A stretch of DNA of 63,825 bases, filler included, from Folioceros fuciformis (lineage: Eukaryota), in assembly GCA_049999805.1 (NCBI GenBank). It is 6 parts of 6 records of this genome, joined end to end, with 100 filler letters (N's around TTAATTAATTAA, not from the genome) between each part and the next. Parts side by side here need not be neighbours in the genome. Positions count along the whole stretch, not along the records: positions 7,387 to 19,421 come from JBNGIO010005386.1; positions 19,522 to 28,612 come from JBNGIO010005387.1; 4 more parts are not named here. One strand, given 5' to 3'. A program made the position numbers and the translations under genes. The notes under the pieces were generated by a model that saw only the letters and a list, made by a program, of their open reading frames with translations, ran no database searches and was not told the origin of the DNA. Shown in pieces: positions 12,037 to 24,900 of this stretch (positions are counted from its first letter, which is position 1; every line of letters begins with the position of its first letter).

Positions 12037-13588
12037 CCATGCCTTATAGCTCGCGGAAGAAGGAATCCTTAATTTGTGTTATTCGAATCCCTAATAATGG
12101 AGCGTTTGTGTCTTGAGCTTCAGAGTGAACTACACTTCCAATAGTTAAAAACTCGATGATCTCTACTGCGCCTGCATTAGGAGGTATGTTAGTCTTCTCC
12201 CACACTAAGGTGTGAATGGTTCCCCTCTTGCACCATGGCCGAAGTGCTTCCCTAGCCTGTGTAATCAGATCCATGCTATGCATGAGAACCAACCTATACA
12301 CAATACTGCTGGTGCATTCTGAAAACCCTCGAATCATGTACTTAAGCTGTTCGCTTGTCAGCTGCCTGTCGTATTCATGTCGTTGCTATTCGCGAGGCAA
12401 ACCTGCGAATAAGAGAGTATACGGTCGTTTTACCAGAAATGTTTTTATCTCTAGAACGTTTTGATGGATAACTTGATACTTAGTCATATTGTTACCGTTT
12501 GGGACTCTGCACTCTGATAATCCTGCATCCATATCTGCATTTGCGAGTCTCTACTATTCTTCTTCCATGCGCTTTGAGTTTCTAGCAGAGTAAACATAAT
12601 CTTGAAAAGGCTTTGGCAATGCTTCAAGGTTTGTGATGTCCACTAGTTTCTGCCAAAAAACATTTCGTTAAGAAAAACCACACAAAAAGCAGAATCACAA
12701 ATCATGAACTACGTCACTTCAGCCTAAGTAAGTAAAAAATCACTTCTAATGACTAGAGTGCACCGGTAGACTAGCGCACACCCTCCCCAATCTACATAGA
12801 AGTCCTTCAAGTTGGTCGGAGTGCGCCAGTAAACCGGTGCACTCCGGCCATTTTCACGAAAAAGCGTCGAAAAACTGCCCATTCCGGACATGGTAGCTGG
12901 GCTGTGCCGGTCTACCGGCGCACCCCCTCCGTAATGTATAACACATTTTGGAAAAATGGCCCGAGTGCGGCGGTCTGCCGGGGCACTCCGGTCATTTTTC
13001 TGCAATGCGTTATTTAACAGTGCATTTTGAAGATTTGGCCAGAGTGCGCCGGTCTATCGACGCACTCCAGCCATTTTTCCGGAAAGCGCTGGAAGACGTC
13101 GCATTCCAAAGAAATCAGCTGGAGTGCGCCGGTCTTCCGGCGCACTCCACAAGACTAGGAGAAGTGCGCCGGTAGACCAACGCAATCCAACCAACATGCT
13201 CAAAAGCATCTAAAGGCTCTGAAAAAGCAAGAGTACCACTTTTGTGAAGGCAGTTGGGAACTTGAGCAGATGTGAGTCTTCCGTATGCTTGGATACAAGA
13301 CTTCCGCTTCCTCAAATGCTGCACACTTTAAAGCCATCTTGAAAGCAAGTTGTATCAAATGTATCTTTTTCTTCTTCCCTACCTCTGTGTCCATGTCTTT
13401 CAGGTGCAGCTTGCCCTGGATGACCTTTTGCGTCACAGCTACTAGCATTTCCTTGCCTTTAACCCCTGTTGGGACTCCTTGAAAAGCCCTCTAAGGCCTT
13501 TCCTGCATTGCTACAACCTTCTTTAATAACTCATCTGACATTTGCGCACTACTGGAAGAGAGTCCAGCTTCCCTTGGTTGTCAGGCCA
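12037..13588 (-). pseudogene. Decayed two-exon gene fragment (exons ~13588-13237 and 12649-12037): helical region plus putative beta-class N6/N4 DNA methyltransferase-like domain
   Basis: Manual translation YQVIHQNVLEI...YTLLFAGLP...RLVLMHS...TLVWEKTN...EIIEFL; strong acceptor (poly-T, CAG at 12650-12652); both ends cut by LTR insertions. Confidence 0.5.
12755..13188. repeat. Seven ~28-bp imperfect palindromes, consensus GGAGTGCGCCGGT(AGA/CTA)CCGGCGCACTCC
   Basis: Copies start at ~12755, 12817, 12899, 12962, 13041, 13121, 13161. Confidence 0.9.
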
Positions 13589-15892
13589 TGCTGATTAATT
13601 AGGGTATCTAATTAATCAAATATATGTAATTTGTCTGATCACATGTAATTAGTCTAATCATATAATTAGGTAGATCAGGGATAGCTAGGTAGGGAACGTG
13701 TGACGCATTTAGGGCTCAGAAGCATCATTGTGCGAAATGGTGGGGAGGTTACGAGCGTGGGCAGCATGGCACCGACGGAGAAGAGGACAACTACGGGCAA
13801 CGGCCAAGGGCAAGCGCGACATATAAGTGTCGGACTTTAAGGCTTAGTCACACAGTTGTTAGAAGTCCTCTCGTTGAGCCTAAGCCTGCGGTCGAGGTGG
13901 CTGGCCAAGGAACTGCTTGTGAATCCACTGCTCAAAAATCAAAGTGAAAGCGTTGATGAGTCGCATCACGGTATGAGTATGTGTGATTGACAATATGAGT
14001 GTGCCACACCAGGGCTAGGTGGAGGACTTACTACAACTCGCAAACACGGTTGCTGGGATTGCAGGATTGGGGTCTGGCTCACAAACCTCAGGATTTGGCC
14101 AGGCAAGTTCACAAGGGCCGTGGTGCTCCGTCACGGGCATCAGAACGGCATCAGTGAACGACAGCATTGGACGTTGAGCTGAGATTCTTAGCTCAAGCAC
14201 CAAGAGAGCTCACGCACGCTGTTGTGCCTTGTCACGGGCATCAAGGCAACACCAGCGCACGGCGGCGCTGAGCGTTGGGCTGGTAGACAACAACGAGCTG
14301 GCGCGTGTGTGAGCGCCAGGAGTCGGGTGGGAAAAACCCCATCGAGTGCGGCTTGAGGCCGTCCATGAATTCGAGCTGATTGTGTGGAAGACCCACTCAC
14401 GGAGCTACGAATGTGACTGCGCGGTATGTGATCTACAGGGGCATACAAGCGGATCTGAGCTTGTTTAGTCGTGAACTAGAGCCGGCACAAGCAAATTGTG
14501 TGTGGGTGTCGACGTCCGTGCGTACNNNNNNNNNNNNNNNNNNNNNNNNNNNNNNNNNNNNNNNNNNNNNNNNNNNNNNNNNNNNNNNNNNNNNNNNNNN
14601 NNNNNNNNNNNNNNNNNNNNNNNNNTTTTTAGGACTGAGGGGCTGGGGAGGTAGCGCTGTGCCTGGATCGTGGCGCTGGCCTGGCCTAGGCAGGCTGTGA
14701 GTAGAGTGGTCTTGAGTCGCGGACGAAGCTGTGGGGGCAGTGGCGAGCACCGTCAACGCTATTTGTGGAGATCACCATCAGGATCAGAATCAACGCCTTC
14801 AGGGCCTCCGTGGTGACACTGACATGTGCAGTATTTTGTGTTGCGCACGCTGGGTGTGAATGGATGGTTGAGAGTCAGCCAGTTGATGCAGACAATTGCT
14901 TTGGCTGGACATCACTTGAGGATGTTGTGAGGCTGAGACTGTGTGGTGACGCTTTTGTGTGATGCCACTTCTAACAATTGTCCTGAACTTTGTGGCCATC
15001 GATTTGGTGTGCTGTAGGTTTTTGTCCATAAACGTATGTGGTTCCGGCTATGTGCATAGAGAGACACTCGCCCTTCTTTGTTAGGATTAGGGTGTGGACT
15101 CACCGTGCTAAAGTTTTGGTGAGCTAAGAGAAGGACAGGATACTCACCTTGTTGGGTGTCTGGTGGAGAGTGGTACACCGGCTGCTAAGCTGTAAGTGCT
15201 GGTTTGGCCTAGACCCTGAGTGAGCAGAGCTTCAGACTAGTAGACACTTAGCTGTCGATAGCGTAGTCCTATTGATGGTCTAGCAGGGAGTCAGGATCAG
15301 TCAGTAGGCACAAGTTGTTGTGCATCTCACGTTCTCACTTTTCTTAACTCACTGCTAATTACCGATCTTGTTTGGTTTCTGCATGGACTATATATGCCAT
15401 CTGATGGGAGTGATGAGGAGCCAGCCTACCATCTGAGAAGTAGGACCGTTCCATGGCGACTTTGGGTGCCTTGGTTGAGGGCATGGCGTCAATGGACTAC
15501 TAGGCCTAGTTCACCGGAGCAGAGATCAGCTGAGGAGCCGATTGACCACCACCCTAGCCAGAGTGTCACAGACCAGGGTAGCATTGGGGAAGCGTTTGGA
15601 CATGCTAGGGCAGTAGGAGTAAGTTGGTCGCCTCTGTCGACCATTGTTCAGGCTGTAAGTGGAGACACCAGCTCGGAGGAGAAGGAGTCTGAGGAGTCTG
15701 ACACCATGGAGGGATCGGGAGCACTTGTTCACAAGTCTGAAAAGTTTTCTGGCAGGCCAGGGACGCAGACCCTTAGGGATTTCAAGTTTTTTTATGGTTT
15801 CTTAACCAGCCGCGTTAAGTTTAAGCATGGAACTACTTATACCCATAGGTACATGTTTGAACAACTACTTGGGTACCTAGCTGATGAATCTT
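13589..15892 (+). mobile_element. Probable Ty3/gypsy 5' portion (long LTR/leader plus gag N-terminus ~15706-15892), interrupted by copia insertion
   Basis: TG start at the break of the upstream ORF; gag-like KFSGRPGTQTLRDFK...YTHRYMFEQLLGYL cut exactly at the copia LTR. Confidence 0.55.
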
Positions 15893-18800
15893 TGTTAGGG
15901 TTAATCAATAATTAATCAGTTTAACCTGCTTTGGTTAAATATATCCAAGGGTCACACCCTTAGGGTTCCCCATACAAACAAAGTACTTTACACAATGTTT
16001 TTGAACACTTTTATTACAACAACACTTTTGTCTTTCTGTCAAAGCCTTCCGCTGATAAACATACATGGTATCAGAGCACAAGGCTCTTTTTCAACCCTAG
16101 AACTAATGTTACTTACCTTTTCGGTTTTGGGTTGGTGTCCCTTTATAGTCAAAGTCTTTGTTAATAGCTACTAGAGCATGTTATGTCTTCAGACAGTAAT
16201 AGTGACTCCGACATAGATCTCTTCTCTTGGCTGTATTTAAATCCACCACTACCCATCATCCCTGCTACTCCTGTTGTCACTATGGGCACTACAGGAGTAG
16301 GATCATCATACACCGGTGAATTTAAAGAGAAAGATCGTTTTGATGGGAAACAGTCCCGATTTGAGAGCTGGCGTGCTCGGATGAAGGCTAACCTGAATGC
16401 CTGAGACGTCTAGGAGTATGTTGATGGAACAACTCCTAATCCTGCTAACACAAATCCAGTAGGATCACCGGATGCAATTGAAAAATAGAAGAAAGGGAAT
16501 AAGATTGCCTTTGCCATCTTACTGTCATGACTTGATGAAGTCACTGTGACAGAAGTTGATTCCCTTGAAACAGCTGCTGAAGTGTGGACACAACTCACAC
16601 AAATATACCAAGTTAAGAATATACTTACCTTGGTTGCAACTAGGAACAACTTTTATGGTATGTTGTTGAAGGAAGGGGACTCAGTTGGAGCACATGTCAC
16701 TCGGATGCGCACCCTACAGGCCCAACTAGCCATGCTAGGATGCAAGATGACCTAGTTGGACGTTGTTGCTCAATTCCTGGCCAACTTGCCTCCAACTTAC
16801 CAGAACTTTTTTTCAAGTCAAAATGTAGTGCTTCGTGATTCCTATCAAGCACTTGCTCTTGGTCAGCCCTCAACTATCAACTTGAATGAAGTGATAGGGG
16901 CGCTCTTGCAAGAGGAGCAAAGTCAGAATCGCCACAAGACAAGCAATCGTCTCAGAGGTGACAAGGTCCTCTATGGCAAAGCTAAGGGACCCTGGAAGGG
17001 GAAGGACAAAGGAGGGAAGAAACAATCCAACGATTTTCATTCTTCCCAATAGTCCTCTTCGACTAAAAGACTTGGTACCTGTAATTGGTGCCAGAATCAA
17101 GGCCACTGGGAACGAGATTGTCGTAAAAAGAACGCTAATGAGCCTAAGAGGGAGTCCAAGCAGGAGGCACATATTAGTTCCAAGGAACAAAAACCATTTG
17201 CTGGATCTAACAGCTCTCAGAAAGGAAGCAGCAGTACAATATTTACTATTTGCCTGACTTCCACAAGAGAGAACTCAACTCACTGGTTTGTTGACTCGGG
17301 TGCAACTGCCCATGTCTGCAACAACCGCGACCTTTTCTCAACCTTTCACCTTCAAAACACACCACAGTTAGTCTTTGTTGGGGACTCTAGAGGTTTTCAG
17401 GTCAAAGGGTCTGGCACAGTTAACATACCTCTGTTAGATGGCTCATCTTTGATTCTAGATGATGTTCTCTTTATTCCTGACATGAGCAAAAATCTATTGT
17501 CAATACGAGTAGTAGCTCAAAGTAGAAAGTATGTCTTCATGTTTGAAGATGAAAAATGTTTCATTTACTTACTTGCAGAACCTGAAGGACACGTTGCTAA
17601 GGCTGTACTTGTTGATGATTTGTATCAGCTAGTTACGATTCCAAAGTCAAAGGTCAAAGCCTTGCTAGCTGCAGTTCTTGCACAGGCCAATCTCTAGCAT
17701 GCACGTCTTGGTCATATTAACCGTGCTAAGCTTGACTTGATGGCTAACTCCAGTTGTTACAGAGAGAAGCTTCCTTCCTGCTTCAAACATCTATCAGCAT
17801 GTACCTCATGCATACTGTCAAAGCAAAAGGAGCTTCCCTTCAAAAATAAAACTGCAAATTGGGCCAAGGCTAAGCTAGAATTGATACATGCAAATATTGC
17901 TGGGAAGCTACCAGTCAAATCCTTGGGAGGAGCAAAATACTACCTTACTTTGACTGACGACTTCTCCAGATACACATGGACCTTTCCTTTAAAACTTAAG
18001 AGTGAGGTTTTTGAGACCATCTCTAATTGGATTATGATGGTTCAAAGATAGACTGGCCATCTTGTCAAGTGCTTCTGAACAGATAATGGCGGAGAGTTCA
18101 CTGGACATCAATTTGATGACTTGTTCACACAATTTGGCATTGTCAGTTAGCTCTCTGTTCCATACACCCAACAGCAAAACGGTGTTGCAGAGAGGAAAAA
18201 CCAAACCCTAATGGGAATAGTTAGAAGCATGCTATCATGGTCAGCTCTACCTAAGTCGTATTGGGCAAAGGCTATCGTGAGTGCTACTTACATTCTTAAT
18301 AGGGTAGTCACTTCAGCTCTTCCTAGTAGAACACGTTACGAAGCCTTTTGGGGACAAAAGCCAAGTTTATTACACCTGAAGGTCTTCGGCTCACCTGCTT
18401 TTGCCTATATACCTGAACCCAAACGTAGAAAGTTAGATGATAGATCTAAGTCTCTCATCTTTCTTGGTTATTCAGATTAGTCAAAGGCATACAAGCTATT
18501 TGATCCAGTGACAACAAAGATAACATTGTCCAAAAGTGCCACTTTCAAGGAACTGCTGTCTCCTAGGTCAGATCTTACGGTTGATGATATGCTCTCAACT
18601 AAATTCTTTCAGGATAAAACTCTTGAACTTGAAGTTGAGTATGATCAGCAGTTCCTTGTGCACTATCCGGGTTCATATGGTGATCCACCAACACAAGCAA
18701 ACATCGATGATGTCGATACTCTCCCTGTTGACAATAGTGATCCTGTTAGTGACACATCTGACCTGGGTGGTGAGGACTGTGATGATGATGTTCAGTCTCT

Positions 18801-19421
18801 CATTTTAGTGAACAATGATGATGTCCTTGATGACCTTGCTGATGAAGAACTTGTAGCACCTGTGAATGTGGACCCAGATCCTCCTCCAGTTATTCCCTCT
18901 CGTTATCCCACTAGAGAGAGACGTCCGAGGGAAGAGTGGAGTGAGCCCCCATACAATTCAGTTGATTTCATGAAACATGCTGCAAACATCACTGACCTGC
19001 ATGTTCCAGAGATCAGACCTGATCCACAGAGTTACACTGAAGACCTGAATGGACCAAATGGTGAACACTGGCGGGTCTCCATAAATGACGAATATAATTT
19101 GCTGGTCAAAAACCACACTTGGGAGCTTGCAAATCTTCCTCCTAGAAGAAAGCCTATAACCTGTAAATGGGTTTTTAAAACCAAGTTGAAATGAGATGGC
19201 ACCATTGCTCGTTACAAGTCCAGACTTGTTGCAAGAGGGTTTTCACAAATACTTGGGATAGACTGTGGAGATACTTTCTCCCTTGTGGTCAAGCCTCCTT
19301 CAATCCGAATCTTACTTGCTATGGTAGCTGAGTTTGATTTAGAATTGCACCAGATGGACGTCTATACAGCGTTCCTTCATGGTGAGCTCGAAGAGGTGTT
19401 GTTCATGGAACAGCCTGAGGG
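15893..19421 (+). mobile_element. Ty1/copia element: 5' LTR 15893-16065, PBS 16066-16077, degenerate gag-PR-INT-RT, truncated by contig end; same family as 42795-49207
   Basis: TGTTAG..ACA abutting TGGTATCAGAGC (tRNA-iMet PBS); KDRFDGK..ESWRARMKANLNA; WFVDSGATAHVC; QMDVYTAFLHG. Confidence 0.93.
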
Positions 19422-20816
19422 NNNNNNNNNNNNNNNNNNNNNNNNNNNNNNNNNNNNNNNNNNNNTTAATTAATTAANNNNNNNNNNNNNNNNNNNNNNN
19501 NNNNNNNNNNNNNNNNNNNNNACCAATGGTGGATCACCAACGGTGAATCCATGGTCTGGAAGACTGCGGAATGGTAAACCGAAGACCACTGACCCGGATA
19601 TGTCAGTGAGGGGGAGAGTAGAAAGCAGCAAAACTGGAAATGAGGGATATGAATCCTCAAGTAGTGAGAGCATTGACAGTGAGTTTGGCATTCCGTCTGT
19701 AGAAACGCCATGTGCTAAGGAGCAACAATATGCAAGGCAAGTTCAAAATGAACTAAGACCAAGGAGATCTGAGAGGGTTAGGAAACCCATTGACAGGTAC
19801 ACCTATACAAGCTACAATGCGCAACATTATGCGTATATGACAAGGGTCACAGCTTGTAAGGAGCCAACCAAGTTTGCTGAGGCAATGACAGATGATAAGT
19901 GGTGTCAAGCCATGGATGAAGAATACTCATCATTAGTTGAGAACGGAACGTGGGATTTGGTTCAATAGCCTGATGGCAAAGTTCCTATTGGTTCTAAGTG
20001 GGTGTACAAGCTAAAGTTCAAGTCAGATGGAACTCTGGAGCGTTACAAGGCCAGGTTGGTTGCAAAGGGATATGCACAACAGTATGGTCTTGATTATGAG
20101 GAAACCTTTAGTCTAGTAGCCAAGATGACAACTGTAAGGACAGTCATAGCATTAGCAGTAGATAAAGGATGGAAGTTATGGCAAATGGATGTCAAGAATG
20201 CCTTCTTGAATGGTGAGTTGCAGGAGGAAGTGTACGTGGAACAGCCTGAAGGCTATGTTCATCCTAAGTTTCCAACATACGTCTACAAACTAAAGAAGGC
20301 ATTGTATGGACTCAAACAGGCACCTAGAGCATGGAATGCTCGTATCACAAGCTATTTGAAGGAGCGAGCGTTTGTGATTGGAGACGCAGATCACAGTATG
20401 AGCTGAGATTATGAACAATACCAAAGAAGCAAGAGCAGAAAGGCAATAGCAATCATTATGTGTAAGAAGACCTACAAATATGTCAAGGGGCATAAGTGGT
20501 TATAACTGCTAGTCTATCCCTAACTACCTAAGATGTAACCCTAAGTACATACTAACAATGTATATAATAAGTAATTATTATTTTTCCTAACACTCCCACT
20601 CATTGTGTACGTATGTCTTAGCGATACGCCCACCGAACCTGTCCAGAATAGAATAGCCCAAAATCGTCCACTCAAGTGTACCAGCAGAACGGGTTCTCTG
20701 CACGCGTACAGCAGTGATAGTCCTGTGTGACATGAAATTCACAGCGCCCAGCCGCAATTCGCATCCCTAATCTCGGCATCGGCTGGACAGAGTTGGAGCA
20801 TCCACAGCTGGTGAAG

Positions 20817-21839
20817 ATGGCGAACGATGGCGCGTCCAGGACTTCTACTCGTCAACAAGACACCACAGTCTTCAAAGAGGAGATCACAGAGAAACGCCAA
20901 CTGCCACACACCGCTACGTCGACTCCAGCACCACCTCGAAACACAGTCCAGGGGTTTGCATCAGCTGCAGAGGAGAGACTGCCCGCTCGAGTGGTAGAGT
21001 TCCTTGCACCACGTCCAGTTCAGCCAAAAGCTCCAGAGTGCATCTGTGAGGCCAAAGCTCTCTTGTGCCCTCGACACGGCAAAATTCCAAAATGGCTGCG
21101 ACAGTCAGGCTTCGAAGGCAACTCAGCGCTGCTGGTGGCCAGTCTGCAGAATTCCANNNNNNNNNNNNNNNNNNNNNNNNNNNNNNNNNNNNNNNNNNNN
21201 NNNNNNNNNNNNNNNNNNNNNNNNNNNNNNNNNNNNNNNNNNNNNNNNNNNNNNNNCCCACTTTTGCTCACAAGCGCTTCTCACCGCATGGTCCTTTGAA
21301 TGCAGTGAAAGCTCCACCATAGGAGGAGGACGAATACATCATGCTGCCTACGCCTCACAACCCAAGACCCTTCACACTGCCTAGAGGAAACCGGACCAGG
21401 ACTGTGAGGTTGATAACAGACGGCAACGGGATCAATGACCCTCTCACTCCTGAGACATACACCTGTACTGTGACTGGAATTACAATGATCAGAGAGGACT
21501 GGTTCAAGTGGGGTGGAGAGCACGGAAACTTCATATCATTTTACAGTAAGTCACTCACTCACCTCTGAATTGGTTTGCACACTATTGCTGTGCCTTGAGC
21601 ATAAGCTGTGAACTTACAACCTAACTACAGTGTCTGAACAAAGAATGCATGAGGAGGCTGGAGTGGAATATCCTATGGAAGACGAGGACACAGATGAAGA
21701 ACCAACAGACCACAATTTTGACTCCAACTTTCAGGAACTCCTTAGAAGGAATCAAAATGAGGACAGACCTAATCTGTTCTTTGGTGAGCCAGATAACAGT
21801 GGCTCAAACTCCGATGACAATTCTGTGTCTGATTTCTAA
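20817..21839 (+). CDS. Antisense accessory gene inside the 3' region of copia Y; predicted intron 21546-21630; N-gap 21157-21256; one in-frame TAG at 21320
   Basis: GTAAGT donor and CTAAC..TACAG acceptor join ORF 21341 in frame to acidic ORF 21630-21839; homologous to ORF 33431-34000. Confidence 0.7.
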
Positions 21840-21914
21840 GTTATGAAATGCCAACATCTGTGTGTGACTCTGTGACACTTGCTGCAGTCAGGTGCTGCAG
21901 AGCACTCTATCTTA

Positions 21915-24900
21915 CAAGGAAAGAGGAGTTAAGGACTCCTATGGCTTCTTTGAATTGCACATGTTTCCCCTTAGGTAGAGCTTTCGTTAAAACATCTGCA
22001 GCATTCGAATCTGTAGGGATATATTCGAGATGCACCTGTCCAAAAGATACTGCTTCACGAATGAAATGATGGTGCATTTCAATATGTTTGTCCTCGCATG
22101 GAAGACTGGATTTTCAACCAAAGCCAAGGCACCTGTGCTATCACAGTGAATTGTAGTAGGCTGCACCTGCTCTTGACCCAAATTTTTTAGTAGCCTCCGG
22201 AGCCATATGGCTTCCTTCGCTGCTTGTGTAAGAGCATAATACTCTGATTCAGTCGAGGACAACGAAACTGTGGTTTGCTTTTTCGAAGACCAGGTTATGG
22301 CATCGCCTGCCAGAAGAAAAACATAAGCCGACACTGACTTCCTGGAGTCAGAATTTGCTGCCCAGTCAGCATCATAGTACCCTATCAAAGTAAGTGGCTC
22401 TCCTTCATGATGTTGCTTTGTATAATGAATGCCGTGACTACTTGTACCCTTCAGGTACCGTAGGATCCTTTTAACGGCAGACCAATGTGTTCTGCCAGGT
22501 TGCTTAAGGAACTGTGAAGTAGTACTAACTGGCAACGCTATGTCTGGTCTCGTGTTATTGGAGCAGAAAATCAGCGAGCCAACGGCCTGTGCATAAGGTA
22601 CGTCCTGCATTTCCTGTTTTTCTGAATCAGTCACTGGTGAATGCTCCAGTGTGAGTTTACTAGCTGCTTCCATAGGAGTTGCAGCAGGTTTAGCCTCCGT
22701 GAGCTTATACTTATGTAGCATATCAAAGATGTATTTTTCTTGATGGATAACCAGCGTGCCACTGGACTTATCTCGCGGGAGTTGAGTACCCAAACAGTAA
22801 GAGAGTTCCCCAACATCCACCATATCAAATCTGCCAGATAAGAGACCTTTAACTCGGTTGATACCTTCAAGATCAGTACCAAGTAGAATACAGTCGTCTA
22901 CGTACAAAGCTAACACCACATAGCCTGTCTCCTGTTGCAGGAAGTACACATTAGAATCTGCATCACTCTTCTTGAAGCCGAGGTCACGTAGAAACTCATC
23001 AATGCACTGGTACCAAGCCCTTGGTGACTGTTTTAGACCGTAGATAGTTTTCAATAGTCTGCAGACCCAGTCCTCACGTCCCTTAGCTTCATAACCTTCT
23101 GGCTGCTGCATATAGATCTCTTCTTCCAGCTTACCATGCAAAAACGCAGTCGTCACATCCATTTGATGGATGAACAAGCTGAAAAATGCAGACATAGCAA
23201 ACAGGGCACGCAGGGACTGTGCCTTAACAACGGGGGAGAAAGTGTCATTATAGTCGAGCCCTGGGACTTGAGAGAAACCCCTAGCCACAAGGCGAGCTTT
23301 GTACCTCGCTATAGTTCCGTCAGCCTTATACTTGAGTTTAAACACCCATTTGCTGCTGACAATCTTCCTCCCCTTAGGCGGGGGACAAAGCTCCCAAGTC
23401 TGATTGTGGATAAGAGAGTCATACTCGGAGGTAATAGCTGCAATCCAATGACGAGAGTCGGGACCTGTGACTGCGTCTTGGTAGGATTGAGGTTCATAGC
23501 CAGGTTGGACAGTGACATGGACAAATTCTCCCACTATCTCATTCGGGTTCACTCCCACTGCCCGAGGCACTCTCCTAGTACGCCAGTCCTCAGCCTCATA
23601 GGGTTGTTCAAGCCACTGGTCTCGTCCACGATGCACCCTTGCAGACCTTCTAGGCTGAGGAGGCATCACATACTCTACAGGGTCATCAACAACAAGTTCA
23701 GAATCATCAGCTGGAGGGAATTCAGGCACACCATCGAAGGGATCATCTTCTTCAGCTGAATCTGAAGCAGCAGCAGGTGATGCAGGAGGATCCAGTGGAG
23801 GAACAGGGAGAGAATCTGGTGGGAGAGCAGGAGGAGGGTCTGGTGGGAGAGCACCTAAATCTGGAGGATCTGTGACATCAGAAGCATCAAAAACAGGAAA
23901 GTCTACAATATCTGTAGGCTTTGACTCATCTGACTCAGTGTAAATAGGATGTTTAGGAGTGGGATAAGTATCTGCATCTGACAAATCAACAGGGAGATCA
24001 GCAGGAGGTGTAAGGACAGAGCGCTCATCAAACGCCACAGTGCGAGCATGAGACACTTTACGAGAAACTGGATCAAACAGTTTATAACCATGAACTCCAG
24101 GTGTGTAGCCGATAAACACATGTCTTTTTGACTTGAAAGAAAATTTCTTCCAAAGCTTGTCTGGTATATGTGCATAGGCTATACTACCAAAGACACGAAG
24201 GTGGGAAATATCAGGCTTTACTCCTGTCCACGCTTCAAAAGGAGTTACATGTGATAAGGAAGAAACAGCTGTTCTGTTCTGCAAGTAAGTAGCAACTTGA
24301 ACAGCCTCTGCCCAGAAACATATAGGTAGCCTCCCCTGAAAAAGTAGAGCCCTGGCAGCATCCTGTATTGTTCGATGTCTACGTTCTGCTCTTCCATTCA
24401 TATCAGAATGATAAGGAATAGTTAGCTGCCTTGTGATGCCACGTTCCTGACAGAAATCTTGAAAAGCTGAGGATAAGTATTCCTTCGCATTATCAGATCT
24501 TAAACTCTTCAGCTTACGCCCTGTCTGACGTTCAGCATATGCCAGGTATCTTTTAAAACTGTCAAACACATCCCTTCTATGCTTCAGCGACTCAGTGACT
24601 GTAAAGTGAGTTTTATCATCTTCAAAGACAACAAAATACTTGGCACCTCCCCAACTTGGTGTGGACATAGGGCCACAAATGTCCGAATGAACCAAGTCTA
24701 ACACTTCTGTCTGTCTCCGTGGTTTGCCAGATCCAAAGTGAGATTTAAACTGTTTCCCATGAACACATGCAACACACAACTCCAAATCTGGTAAGTTAGA
24801 ATCTGTAAAACCTGTAACCATCTTGTCCTTCAACAAACGTCTCATGGCTTTAACGTTTGGATGTCCAAGCCTGCAGTGCCATCTGAAGGCAGCGTATGAT

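Noticed and set aside
12755-13188. CRISPR array
   Set aside because: Eukaryotic context, no cas genes, degenerate repeats in mixed orientation, spacers of uneven length and related to each other
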